A stretch of 63,727 nt of DNA, the filler included, from Octopus bimaculoides (taxonomy: Eukaryota): assembly GCF_001194135.2 (NCBI RefSeq). It is 6 parts of 5 records of this genome, joined end to end, with 100 filler letters (N's around TTAATTAATTAA, not from the genome) between each part and the next. Parts side by side here need not be neighbours in the genome. Positions count along the whole stretch, not along the records: positions 42,597 to 60,712 come from NC_068991.1; positions 60,813 to 63,727 come from NW_026327630.1; 4 more parts are not named here. One strand, 5' to 3'. Shown in pieces: positions 48,560 through 61,895 of the stretch. Below the pieces are notes generated by a model. That model searched no databases and had not been told where the DNA came from. It was given only the letters and a program-made list of their open reading frames with translations. How positions within the stretch are numbered: position 1 is the stretch's first letter; every line of letters starts with the position of its first letter. Both the position numbers and the translations under genes were made by a program.

Positions 48560-49930
48560 ATTATAATGCTTTTTCTTTCGAAAAATTATAGAACTACTTC
48601 GAGATACTCAGGTTGAACCCGAGACGCTAGATAGTAAATAATATAATTTAAAGAAGAAACAAAAATAAGATAATTATCTTGTATTTATGACATGTATTAA
48701 TACAACAAATAATTAAGACATTCAGAACATATTAAAGTATTATTTAAGAATATAATGAAAATAAAAAATATATGAATTAAGAATAAGTTATTATAACCCG
48801 TTGTATATTTTTTTAAAACTCTAAAAATAAATGTATTTCTCTGACTTGTAAATTCCTCAATAAGGTTTCTCATTGCCGTCAATATATTTTCTGACTTTCA
48901 ATTTTAAATTTTAATTCTAAATTTTTAATTTTCAATTTTTACTAAGCTTTTCTTTATATCTGCTATTTCACTCCACATATCGAATTTTTTCTTGCTTATA
49001 TATTTCATGTATATTTTGCCGAGATCGATTTTGCCTTTCATCCTTTCGGGGTCGGTAAATTAAGTACCAGTTGCGTACTGGGGTCGATGTAATCGACTGG
49101 TTCCCTCCCCCAAAATTTCGGGCCTTGTGCCGAGAGTAGAAAATAATATTTTCATGTATGTTCTGATTTCATATATTTCTTATTTCTATTATATTCTTAA
49201 ATAATACTTTAATATGTTCTGAATGTCTTAATGTATTTGTTGTATTAATGTATGTCATAAATACAAGATAATTATCTAATTTTTGTTTCTTCTTTAAATT
49301 ATATTATTTACTATTTAGCGTCTCTGGTTCAACCTGAGCACTTCGAAGCAACTCTATAATTTTTCGAAACAAAAAGCAATATAATTATTTCCTTCAAACA
49401 ATTTTGGGGTATATCTACCAAAAATATCCCGATACCACCGAAGGATAAATACATGGAAACTCTTTACATAAGACCACAGAATTCATCAATAGACTTGCTG
49501 GCTTGCTTTCTTTTATGATATCAAATTAAAAGGAACTATGCAAAAAGATAATTACAGCTTAAAGTCCTATAAAAACCCTCCGTCTAACCCGGTTCTCGTG
49601 AACTTTGAGAAGGATCTAATGAACCTTATAAAAAATCTAAAAGTCTCCAAATATACCAATTCCTTTCAGAAGAAGCTATCGGAAAATATTTCAAAAATAA
49701 AATCATCACCAGATCTAAATGTATTATCGGACAAAACGGGAAATATCTATTCTGCAACTTTGGACACCTACAATAAATTAATACTTAAGGAACTGAACAC
49801 CAATTATAAACATGCCAAACACACTACTCTGGAAGACATTAATAACATATCTGATATGTTTCTCTTGTCTCAAATTAAAAATAGCTTCCCTAATATATCC
49901 TATGGTCTCTATTGGGATGATACGCTCCTA
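48560..49930 (+). mobile_element. Penelope-like element 5' part: about 220-bp inverted repeat plus deleted RT ORF
   Basis: Arms at 48560-48778 and 49167-49385. Then STKNIPIPPKDKY..., ORF 49538 PPSNPVLVNFEKDLMNLIKN...FQKKL...SDKTGNIY, fused to YGLYWDDTLL (the PLE GLYRDDG catalytic motif). Confidence 0.8.
49020..49146 (+). mobile_element. SINE family B 3' half inserted between the inverted arms
   Basis: ttgcctttcatcctttcggggtcggtaaattaagtaccagttgcgtactggggtcgatgtaatcgactgg...gtagaaaata. Confidence 0.9.
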
Positions 49931-49944
49931 ATATCTAGGTGTAT

Positions 49945-49978
<34 letters not shown>

Positions 49979-51481
49979 TTCTGTGTGAGTTAGACGTTGA
50001 GAAACCAATAGTACCTATCCAATATTCTGCTGATAGTGTACCCAGTTACTTATACTCAAGTGCTAGTTATTGCATGGCAATCTCGCTATTGAGTATTATA
50101 TACGGTCGGTGGTAAAAAGGGGTTTACCCCTGATTTAAACGGCAAATAAGAAAGTGGAGAGGATATAAAATCGACAGACACCAGCTGGTAAACATTCCAG
50201 TATGTCTGTTTATTCAAATGTATTGGATGAATCCACACACATGTATTAGGGCTACAGATTATCAAGTAGATAAAGTTGGTAATTGCATAAACAAGGGTGT
50301 GGAAGCATATAAGCATATAGAAAAAAGTGAGTGATTGAGCAGATGAGCATATGAGCAGATTGTCACTAAAACCGAATGGGTATGCGGATGCTAGTTCCTT
50401 ACGGCCTTCTGTCTTTTTGAAATAGAGTAGAAAAAGAATAATAGTAAGAATAAAAACACAAGTGAAGTACATCATAGTATAATGATTTAGGCATAGCAAG
50501 GGGAAATAAGATACAGACTTCCTGCAATGTATTATAAGATCCATGTTATTTCATCCAGTGGTGGATAGGTGAATATAGTCGTTTTCAGGAGGAGTTTTTA
50601 CAGGAAGGGTAACTTTAAGCAGTAGTTCACGTTATGTTTCCATAGAACTTCAGTGGTGGAAGTGAACGTTTATGTGTTAAGTGCCAGTTAGTAGGTGTAA
50701 CGTTGCAGAGGGTATAGCATAAGCAACTTATGATGCACCCATCTTGGGAAATTTGGTACATGAATGTATCAATAAGATAAAGGAACCAGATAAAGCAAAA
50801 GTACGATGTTAGTGTTCGTTACTTTTTTTCCGATCAACAAAACTCGAAATCCTTATGTGTATTGGGGTGGGGTCATGGTCAGTCCTACAACCTAACTGGT
50901 CAGCTCTTAATTGATGACAATGGCGTGGTTCTGGTTCGTTGATAGTTAACAAATAAATTTTTTTTTAAATAATGCAATGGCCCGCAGGGGCAAGTAAACG
51001 AGCGAAATAAAACTAATAAAACAAATAAATAAGGTAACTGAAGCAACTAAAACTGTGGGAAGAGAATCCTATAGGACAGCATAAGAAAAAATAAAAAAAG
51101 AATATAAACATATAAAAATATAAAACATATATCTATCTATCGGGGGAATCTGCTGTATATGGTTAAACGACTAGTATTATAGTAATATAGGAGTTGGATA
51201 AGGGATCTATGGCTGACGGAAGGCAAAAGAAGGATGATTCATAAATAGGGAGAAAAATGGACCTGACCGGACGAGTGCTAATTAGTTTACAAGGACGGTA
51301 TGTATCTTGTTGCTGTGCTTATCTGTAGTTATTCAGTGCTAAACGTATACTAGTAAGATATAGAATATCAAATATTAAATGTTTCAGGAGTGGCAATATT
51401 TTATAGTGTTAATTATGTGTTTTTGTTTTTGATTTTTTTTTTTGATTTTTTTAAAAAAGGTTGTTAAAAGAAAATGTTTAC

Positions 51482-51525
<44 letters not shown>

Positions 51526-53225
51526 GACTACCGGGAACTTTTTGACATTGTAATCTGAGTGGGATTAAAGGTGGGGTAACCCGAGCATTTCAAATTAATT
51601 AATTTAGTAGTGGAATACTGCTCTATTTATGTCTTAGGGAAGAAGTTATATCAGTTCTAGATGCAATTGGGGGTGTATGTGTTTGGATAAAGGTGTCAAC
51701 TATGGGGTGTAAGCATCTATGGGTTTCGATGTATCAGGTAGTTTAGCTATAGTATATTATACTATATTATCTGATTGTTCATAAGGGTTTATATTTGTAA
51801 CTTAAGCTGGAGGATATATCTACTATTGTGGGGGTAGTGTGCTAGACTATTTTGTTCAGTGCTAGGGTGCATTTCCATTACTTAGTGCTGGTAAGTACGA
51901 GAAACTAGTCATGCGTGTATTTTCTAAAAGATTCGTGAGGGGTTCTTAGATTCAGTGCATAAGCTAGGTTTATGTAGAATATTCCTAATAGGAGTATGGA
52001 GTAATATACCATTGGTAGACAAAGGTAATGGGCTATTCCTATCAGTACCTGTCTATACTCACACTCAAACAAGCATACATACATACAGCTACAGACCCAC
52101 AGATATACCTATACTACTATCCGGATGTACGTTCACACCCATATACATGTGTATACATAACAATATACATGCATATCCATACTGGCTCATACCCACACCC
52201 TTATCTCCACACATGTACACAAACGTATACTTCCATTTCTACACCTATGGATACATATGTGTGTATACACACAAAAACCCATGGTTTCTTGCATAGCCTC
52301 TCATATATNNNNNNNNNNNNNNNNNNNNNNNNNNNNNNNNNNNNNNNNNNNNNNNNNNNNNNNNNNNNNNNNNNNNNNNNNNNNNNNNNNNNNNNNNNNN
52401 NNNNNNNNNNNNNNNNNNNNNNNNNNNNNNNNNNNNNNNNNNNNNNNNNNNNNNNNNNNNNNNNNNNNNNNNNNNNNNNNNNNNNNNNNNNNNNNNNNNN
52501 NNNNNNNNNNNNNNNNNNNNNNNNNNNNNNNNNNNNNNNNNNNNNNNNNNNNNNNNNNNNNNNNNNNNNNNNNNNNNNNNNNNNNNNNNNNNNNNNNNNN
52601 NNNNNNNNNNNNNNNNNNNNNNNNNNNNNNNNNNNNNNNNNNNNNNNNNNNNNNNNNNNNNNNNNNNNNNNNNNNNNNNNNNNNNNNNNNNNNNNNNNNN
52701 NNNNNNNNNNNNNNNNNNNNNNNNNNNNNNNNNNNNNNNNNNNNNNNNNNNNNNNNNNNNNNNNNNNNNNNNNNNNNNNNNNNNNNNNNNNNNNNNNNNN
52801 NNNNNNNNNNNNNNNNNGTCAGTGAATTTCGTCACTGTGTCACTGAATTTCGCCATAGTCAATTTTTCGGGGGGGGGGGGCTTTAGTTATTTTTGTTTTC
52901 GTTTTGTTTTTTTGTCAAATAAATACACGCCCTATTTATTTGTTCTTCATTTCCGATTCATTTTATTGTTCTTTTAAGTCCTTTGTCAGTGAATTTTCAG
53001 TCACTCTCCCTCCGCGTGTCTCCTCCTGTCCTGTTTATTACACTTTGTCTTTCTATGGGTTGTATCCTTATATGTTCATGCATTTGAGTCTATATGTGTC
53101 AGTGTGTGTGTGTGTGTGTCTGTCTGTCTGTCTGTCTGTTTGTTTGTGTGTCTGTGCGTTTGCGTGATTGCTTGTGTATACGCGTCTATGTATTTTGTGT
53201 GTGTATGGGTTTGCTAATATATGTG

Positions 53226-53257
<32 letters not shown>

Positions 53258-53262
53258 TAGAT

Positions 53263-54192
53263 ATCTTTTTATTATAGCCACACAGGGCTAAATACAGAAA
53301 ATGGACAAATTACAAAGTAGAGCTTTTCTTTGGGGGGGGGGATAATTTCGATCAAAAGGGATCACGGAAAAAAAGGGGGGGNNNNNNNNNNNNNNNNNNN
53401 NNNNNNNNNNNNNNNNNNNNNNNNNNNNNNNNNNNNNNNNNNNNNNNNNNNNNNNNNNNNNNNNNNNNNNNNNNNNNNNNNNNNNNNNNNNNNNNNNNNN
53501 NNNNNNNNNNNNNNNNNNNNNNNNNNNNNNNNNNNNNNNNNNNNNNNNNNNNNNNNNNNNNNNNNNNNNNNNNNNNNNNNNNNNNNNNNNNNNNNNNNNN
53601 NNNNNNNNNNNNNNNNNNNNNNNNNNNNNNNNNNNNNNNNNNNNNNNNNNNNNNNNNNNNNNNNNNNNNNNNNNNNNNNNNNNNNNNNNNNNNNNNNNNN
53701 NNNNNNNNNNNNNNNNNNNNNNNNNNNNNNNNNNNNNNNNNNNNNNNNNNNNNNNNNNNNNNNNNNNNNNNNNNNNNNNNNNNNNNNNNNNNNNNNNNNN
53801 NNNNNNNNNNNNNNNNNNNNNNNNNNNNNNNNNNTAAAGGAAGGTGGCAGAACAATATTCACGATAGACTCGGCTGATAAGTGGGCTCGTCCCACACGCG
53901 ACAACAGCCGTTCGACGAAGGTCCACAGCTCTGAAATATCTGGACACTGCACGAGTGCGTGCAGAACGGTTTCGTCGCTCTGACCGCATCTCGGGCAGGT
54001 CGGTCCGGTGGTTTTCGAACCGTGTCTGTAGATCTTCTCTCGAACTGGTAGTGCGTCTCGATAGCATTGCCAAGCCAGGGATCTCTGGAAATTATCCATA
54101 GGCCCCGGCCCGAATGTCGTCTTGAAAAGGCGGGCTAGGAATTTCTCGTCGACACCTAGGTTTGCCCCGAGAGTGTCGTCAGACCTCCCCAC
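53263..54192 (-). mobile_element. Tx1/L1-like LINE 3' end (ORF2 C-terminal zinc finger plus 3' UTR) embedded in (GATA/GACA)n
   Basis: LAWQCYRDALPVREKIYRHG...CPRCGQSDETVLHALVQC (zf-RVT-type CxxC...HxxxxC). Both junctions abut GATA/GACA repeats. Confidence 0.85.
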
Positions 54193-54217
54193 CTAGATAG
54201 ATAGATGTGTAGATAGA

Positions 54218-54259
<42 letters not shown>

Positions 54260-54387
54260 CGGATATGACAGAAGTAAATAGATACCCCATAAAACATCGT
54301 TTTATGTTTATTGTAACTTGTAAAGCTTTATATTTTTTTATTAATTGACATTTTTATGTTTCAGGTTCTGTATGTAACTGCTTAATC

Positions 54388-55205
54388 ATGTCATGTACAA
54401 AAGAAGCTTTGGAGCTGTTTGAATTTCAAAAAGGCCATATTGTGGGTCATTCTGAAGGTGGACATAGTCAACGTAAAATTGCAGAAAACCTTGGGATCCC
54501 GCTTTCTACAGTTAATAGAGTGATTGTGCAATTCCCCAGAGAGGGGAAGGAATCCACATCACCTTGCTCAGATCAACCAGGGCCGCCTGACAGGACCCTT
54601 CTCTTTGCTAAGAGAAGTGTGGGATATAATCCTTATTGCAAGGCCTCTGACATAGCAGAACAAGTTGATGTAGGTCCCAAGATAGCTGCCAGGTATCTCC
54701 ACAAACTTGATTACTCTGGCAGAGCAGCAAGTAGGAAGCTACTTCTTCTACCAACCAACATCAAGCGGAGAAAAGATTGGGCCAGTGAGATGGTGGAGGG
54801 ACCACTAGCATTTTGTGACACTGTCATATTTTCTGATGAGTCCAGGATTGCTGGTGGTGAGTCCAGATTTGCTGATGAGTCCAGATTTTCTTGACAGTGG
54901 TCGAGTGTGGATCTGGAGACTCTGTGATCAAGAATTTGATGTGAAAAGATTGCAGCCAACAATGAAATACGACAGCTATTCTGTAATGGTCTGGGGAGCA
55001 ATTTTGGGCAAAGGTTGATTAGAGCTGGTGGAGTGTGAGAGAAACATAAACTCGGATAAATATGAGTCCATATTGCAGAAAGGGCTCCTTCCAGTCTTCT
55101 CCAGTGGTGAAATGATTAAAGAAGACTCTTTATTTATGGAAGATGGGACTCCTTGTCACACGGCTAAAATCACCCAAGATTTGTCGGAAGAGAATGGCAT
55201 TAATT
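54388..55205 (+). mobile_element. Tc1-like transposase pseudogene
   Basis: [25 protein letters not shown]; VIFSDESR (first catalytic D); PTMKY.SYSVMVWGAI; FMEDGTPCHTAK (second D). Stops and frameshifts are present, and the 3' end is lost. Confidence 0.9.
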
Positions 55206-55799
55206 TTTCACTCTTATTATTTAAATTATATATATATATATATATACAGAGAGGAGAAGTGTAATCTCNNNNNNNNNNNNNNNNNNNNNNNNNNNNNNNN
55301 NNNNNNNNNNNNNNNNNNNNNNNNNNNNNNNNNNNNNNNNNNNNNNNNNNNNNNNNNNNNNNNNNNNNNNNNNNNNNNNNNNNNNNNNNNNNNNNNNNNN
55401 NNNNNNNNNNNNNNNNNNNNNNNNNNNNNNNNNNNNNNNNNNNNNNNNNNNNNNNNNNNNNNNNNNNNNNNNNNNNNNNNNNNNNNNNNNNNNNNNNNNN
55501 NNNNNNNNNNNNNNNNNNNNNNNNNNNNNNNNNNNNNNNNNNNNNNNNNNNNNNNNNNNNNNNNNNNNNNNNNNNNNNNNNNNNNNNNNNNNNNNNNNNN
55601 NNNNNNNNNNNNNNNNNNNNNNNNNNNNNNNNNNNNNNNNNNNNNNNNNNNNNNNNNNNNNNNNNNNNATTGTGCTCATTTTGGTGGGTCGGGGAGGTGT
55701 CTTTCTTGCGTGACGCACGTGAGGCCCAAATCATGAAATATCTATTCTAGTGGTTCTCATGACCTCTAGGGGTCCATAGAAGATGTTGCTGTTAACATT

Positions 55800-56172
55800 T
55801 GTGGCTGTGTGGTAAGTAGCTTACTTACCAACCACATGGTTCTGGGTTCAGTCCCACTGCGTGGCACCTTGGGCAAGTGTGAATGGATTTGGTAGACGGA
55901 AACCGGAAGAAGCCCGTCGTATATGTATATACATATATATATATGTATGTGTGTGTATATGTTTGTGTGTCTGTGTTTGTCCCCCCAACATCGCTTGACA
56001 ACCGATGCTGGTGTGTTTACGTCCCCCGTAACTTAGCAGTTCGGCAAAAGTGACCGATAGAATAGGTGTTAGGCTTACAAAGAATAAGCTCTGGGGTCGA
56101 TTTGCTCGACTAAAGGTGGTGCTCCATCACGGCCGCAGTCAAATGACTGAAACAAGTAAAAGAGTAAAAGAG
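55800..56172 (+). mobile_element. SINE family A with internal deletion
   Basis: Head, (TA)n, body and gtaaaagagtaaaagag tail are present. Confidence 0.9.
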
Positions 56173-56577
56173 TTTACACAAAATATTTTAATTTTTTTTA
56201 AATACAATTCCTAAAATATTTAATTATACAAATATAATAGTGGGCTCTTTTTTTTTTTTAACATGAGGGTCCAACAGAGTTAAATAGGAATCAAAGGGAT
56301 CCATTTACAAAAATTGGTTGAAAACTACTGATCTAACCTATAAATCTTGAAAATTTACAAACATTGTATCTATTCAGTTTTCACAATCAAGTTTGAGTAA
56401 CCAAGCAAGTATTTAAAGTATTTTTAATTCATATTTTTCCCGGAATTTCAGATAAATTTTTTTGAAAAGGAACCTAAACGTATGACCTACGAGACACGGT
56501 TCAAAGTATTTTTCACCTGAAAATACCAACTGCCAATTACCGTGAGTTTCTCCAAGTGAAGACTAAAAAAAAAACCT

Positions 56578-56897
56578 CGTGACATGGATCTCCGTCGGTT
56601 ACGACGACGTCTGTTTTAGTTGATCCGATCAACGGAACGGCCTGCTTGTGAACTTAACATGTTAGTGGCTGAGTACTCCACAGACACGTGTACCCTTAAC
56701 GTAGTTCGCAAAACGATTCAGCGTGACACAACAAGTGTGAAAAGGATGGTCCTTTTGAATTATATTTTTGCCGGCTAAATGGACTGGAGCAACGTAAAAA
56801 AAATGTCTTCCTCAAGGACACAACGGGCTGCCGGAAATGGAACCATCGACCTTACGATCGCGAACCCAATACCCTAACCTCTGAGCCACGCGTCTTC
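56578..56897 (-). mobile_element. SINE family C, near full length
   Basis: Minus sense gacgcgtggctcagaggttagggtattggg...gttgtgtccttgaggaagaca...gatcggatcaact...gtcgtaaccgacggag. Confidence 0.85.
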
Positions 56898-57515
56898 AGA
56901 AAAAAACCGCGTAGTCTGTATTTTAATTGAAATTTCAAAATATTGCTAATGCGTTTGCTGGATAGCAATATCATATCTATAGTTATAATTTTTATTAATC
57001 GGGTGTGACGTGCGTGACTAAAAGTGGATGTGACGTACATGACAAAAGATTTCAACAACGTTGTAAGGCCTTAATTTACGTACCTTCATATCAATATCTG
57101 GTCAAAAGTGAACCGTTTCAACATAACTTTAGAAGGATTTTTCTGGACGATATAAACAATTTTAGAAACTTGCTTTGGTTTAACTTCCATCAGAAGGGCC
57201 GTTAGGGACAAAAACGTTTTCTATAAGAATAACCGGTTGATAACATTTTCTGTGGTTATAAGCTGCTTTTACTGTGGGTATATATGTACGAGTGGTACAT
57301 ACATAAGTGTGTGTGCGCGTATATGTCAGTATGTGTGTGTGTGTGTGTGTGCGCGTGTTTCCTCGAGTGTATATCAGCGGAGGAGGTAAACTTTGACGAG
57401 AAACCCCACCAGAATGATGAATAACGCTAACTTTACGTGTTGGTATAGCTATGTAGTTAAAAACCGCACTTTACAACCATGTGGTTTTGGGTTCAGTCCC
57501 ACTGCGCGGCACCTT

Positions 57516-57858
<343 letters not shown>

Positions 57859-57912
57859 ATAGACAGACAGACAGATAGATAGATAGACAGATAGATAGAC
57901 AGATAGATAGAC

Positions 57913-57969
<57 letters not shown>

Positions 57970-58204
57970 TTGGGGTCGATTTGTTTGACTTGAAAATAAT
58001 GTCCTAACATGGCCATTGTCCAATGACTAAAACAAATAAAAGGAGAAAGATCAAACAAAATCTATTAAATCGTCATCAAAATGCGAAACAATTAAATATT
58101 AACGGAACATACGTTAGAATTATTTCTAAGAAACGATGAAAATCTCAGGCTAAACAAAAACATGCATCATATAAACGTAATTTAAATTGTGTATAAACCA
58201 GTGC

Positions 58205-58548
58205 AAACCACCGCCAGGGCAACACCAACGTCCTCTCAACGATTAGCCGGAGATGATTTTTAAAATGAGAATATCTCAAATAAACTCGACTGCTCTCACA
58301 AATGAGAATACTGAAAATGAATCCGACCGCTCACAAAAATTAAGTAAAACAAAAATAGGAAAAATAATCCAGAAACCGTGTCCGGTATCCGATCGATCCT
58401 AAAATCTAATCAGTTCGTGCCAGTCACGACGCCAAACATCCCTGTCAGTTTCATCCGAATCCATCCAGCGGTTCTTGAGATATCTTGTTCACGAACAAAC
58501 AAGCAAACAAACAAGCAAACAAACAAACGCGACTGGAAACAATACCTC
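58205..58548 (+). mobile_element. DINE-1/HINE-like (Helentron-associated) non-autonomous element with (AAAC)n
   Basis: cagtttcatccgaatccatccagcggttcttgagatatcttgttcacg-(aaac)n-gcgactggaaacaatacctcc resembles the DINE/HINE layout. Confidence 0.45.
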
Positions 58549-60700
58549 CACCTTCACTGCCGTTCACATCCAGGACCACTACCCTACCATCCGGGTCTAG
58601 AAAGATAGCCCGTACTTGGAGATCTAAAGATTTCCGGAGTAGCAGTGCTACACCGTCACCCGCTCCTGATAGACTACAAGATAAGAATACCTCATAGTCC
58701 TCGAAAATGAACGCTAGAGCGTGTTTTCCGGTGATCCTTGTTTCACTAATGGTAGCCACGTCCAAATCAAGTGACCTGAGATTATTGAGCAAGTGACCTT
58801 GCTTAATCCCAGGCCACGCACATTCACACACCCCATTCTCAGCACAGCCATGCTAGTCGGAGAAAGAAAATGAGGAGGTTACTCATCTTGGTTTTCGGAA
58901 GTTCCGGGCTTCTCTACTGCCGAAAATTTTTTAGAGGCCCTTCCAATAGCCTTTTATCAATAGATATTTTTTAAAATCCCCCCCACTTCCTGGGAAATTT
59001 CCCATCATAGTTTTATTAACGCCTGACGACGTATTAATTAAGAATCTGTCATTGGGGGTTTGGGGGATAAAATCCTCAAATTCCATTCCCTCTGTCTCTA
59101 TACTGTTTTTATTTTGATTTACAAAACCCATCAATTCACTCTTACACTTGTTCATAATAGTGAAATAGTTGGATACATTTCGTCTAGAGTTTGATGACTA
59201 TTTTTGAAGTTCTGTAATCGGTTGTTTCTCGGTTTCTTTAATTTCATGATGTTGATAATGCTGTTTTCGAAGTTGTTGATCTTATTCTTGCTATTTTTGT
59301 TGGAGTGGTTGTGAATTGTATTGCAGTTGTAGTTTCAGAATAAGTTTTCGTTGATTTCGTAGAGTAGGGCTATGTACTCTCCTCTTTCGCCTACCCCCTT
59401 TTGTCACTGTGATCCATTGACCGTTCAGTTCTTCCTTCTCCATGTCATTGCAATTAACGTTGGTTTGGGAGGAAGAGCATTCAGGAGAAACTTGCTTTTC
59501 CGTGGCGACCGGGGGTAGACTCCTTCTTTGTCTTTGGTTTGGGAGTGGGTGAGCGTGGGTGTGGGAGAAGGTGTAGGAGTCTTGAGCACTTGTTTATAAT
59601 TTTTGCACTTCTGGTATTTGTAATGTTGGCAACGGTGAGACTTTATTTTCCATTGTTTCAGGGCAGGAAACCTTTAAGTGTCTTACAGATCCACATTTGT
59701 GGCATCTTGGCTTTCTACCCTCCACGAACACTGATAGGTGAGTACCATCCGGGAGATCGATTAGATGGAGCAGCTGGTCGAGATGCTCCTACTTGCATTG
59801 CAAGTTCATTTCCATACCTATACCAAACCAGTTTTCTTTAGGTAGTTTCTTGACCTCCAGTATTGTGACTTCGTCTTCTTCGTCTAGCCTTTTCTTCCGT
59901 CTCAAATCTCACCTCAATGGTTCCAAACTTCTTTCCTCAAGTGATGTGGGTCTTTTGTTCCCACACGTGCCCAAGGCATTTTTGTGTTTCGCTCTCAGGA
60001 GCATTTTCCACCCACCGAGACATGACTCCGGTGCAACGGTATGTTACCGTGCATCTTGCAATATTTACCCTGCATCCTGCGATATTTTCTATCTCTTTAG
60101 ATTGAGGGGCGGTTAGAGCTACCCTTCTCCCATCTCTTTTTACAATTCTTGCTAATAAAAATTCTTTTTCATCAATATAGAAACTTCGCACATTTCTCGC
60201 TGCTGACGCAAAAGACGCAAGGGTGATATTTGCTGCTGCTGCTGTTGTTGTTGTTCTCGTTGTCGACACCTAAAGTTTTGCCATTGCTTAGAGACTAAAC
60301 ATTTTTCGCCTTAGTGACGTCATTAAGTTTAGGCCATTCGATGTTGATATTCTCAATTCTTTCCTAGTTCTCAAAATTTCTCGACAAGGAGCGCGTTCCT
60401 TTATTGAACATTATGATGGCTTCTTTATCAGCCATCTTTAAATAATTACAGAAAATTGCAATTTTTTTTTTTTTGCCGAAAGCAGTTAAAATTCAAAAAT
60501 TATTTATGCGCACCCCCTGTAAAACAGGGGATATTTCTACACACAAAAGTACCATCTGCGTAGTCCAGACAATCTCAGAAATGTAATGGTAAGAATAAAT
60601 ATGAAAAGACAGAAAAAGGCGGAAAAGGTTACAAACACTTTTACAACTTACGGAGCACCAAATTTCCGTGACTTCACAATATGGCGGCCATAATAACAAT
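58546..60700 (-). mobile_element. Tx1/L1-like LINE 5' half: 5' UTR, degenerate ORF1 and APE N-terminus of ORF2
   Basis: ORF2 start at 58851 reads MAVLRMGCVNVRGLG; after a frameshift, IKQGHLLNNLRSLDLDVATISETR...GVALLLRKSL...DPDGRVVVLDV (APE motifs). An ORF1-like tail ends at 58931. ORF2 is cut at about 58546 by the HINE-like element. Confidence 0.8.
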
Positions 60701-61814
60701 AATGATATTAATNNNNNNNNNNNNNNNNNNNNNNNNNNNNNNNNNNNNNNNNNNNNTTAATTAATTAANNNNNNNNNNNNNNNNNNNNNNNNNNNNNNNN
60801 NNNNNNNNNNNNGGAACGTTTTTGCCTCTTCGGAAACGTTTTTGCCTCTTCGGAAACGGTTCGAATTCTGCTCGAATGGTGCAGAGGGAGGCCGAACGGT
60901 CACAAGTACGTTCGAATTACCATATGATAAAGGTAAACCTTCCTTTTCGCTTTTTAATAATAAATTGTTTTATATTCTATTTTCAAAGAATCCCCTTGTT
61001 AACACATTAATAGAACGTGTTTATTGTTGCAAACATTTGGCAGAAACCTACCTTTAGTTCCTATAAAATTCCACCTTTGTCTTCTTACATTGCACTTCCA
61101 CTAAATATATCTAATTCCACACCATTAACCTTTATTCCAATTCACCTATCGCTCTATATCTCTCCATTATTAGTTTTCTGCTAATTTCTTTCTTTCTCCT
61201 CCTCCTCTTTCTATAAACTACCTTTGACATTATATCTACTAATGAATTTTTTAAAAAAAGACATAGCAGTGTTCCCTTCGGCATATACACAGTTATCACA
61301 TTCTGTTAAAATGTCTTCTTGATGTGATTGGTTTCTTTCCCTGCTGAGAAGATTGCATTGTTTTACACCATTTCATTCTTTCTGGAATAATACCAATGTT
61401 GTCTTCAAAGCATATGTCGGAAGTAAAAAGAATTTGACTAACACCTGCGTTTAACTCCATTTATTTATTTATCTTTCTTATACAAAACATTTCACCTTAA
61501 CCTGGAGTTTCTACCTTTATAAACAGGTTGTTACATTCTTGTTACTTGCGTGCATCTTTGCTACCCTGGTAGCTGTTTATTTATTTTTTCTGTGTTATTT
61601 GTAAACACTGAAAAAACACACATACATATATGTATATATATCTATATTTATATATGTATGTATATATACCCCGACACACATACACATACATACACACACA
61701 TGTACACACACATGCAGTAAACGCACATATACCTCCCCACACAACCCCTCGTTCACACGCACACATAAAATACACACGCACATACACTCACGCACAAACA
61801 TATATACACCCGCA

Positions 61815-61895
61815 GTTTTGCTATCATTCCTATGACAGCAGGTATTGTTTTAGTCTTCAGGTTCCACATTTTGCTAATTTCTATTTGAAAATCTT
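61815..61895 (-). mobile_element. Short R4/Dong-like RLE C-terminal fragment
   Basis: KDFQIEISKMWNLKTKTIPAVIGMIAK matches the RLE motif LxIEIxKMWxLKTxxIPVxIG. Confidence 0.6.

Noticed and set aside
49330-49372. ctgagca...tcgaaac as a hammerhead within the 48.6/49.3-kb inverted arms
   Set aside because: G8 is absent in both arms, and there is no stem I or NUH site.
50086-50544. 152-aa minus-strand ORF
   Set aside because: No recognisable motif and a composition typical of non-coding repeat sequence; the region looks like decayed pLTR-like DNA.
60678-60689. YY1-like motif (aatatggcggcc) near the Tx1/L1-like 5' end
   Set aside because: A single short motif; the true 5' end is lost in a gap, so promoter function cannot be supported.
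60813-60865. Short about 21-bp tandem repeat (gaaacgtttttgcctcttcg) next to a gap, as a CRISPR-like array
   Set aside because: Only two adjacent units with no spacers, in a eukaryotic context; likely local slippage or a contig-end artefact.
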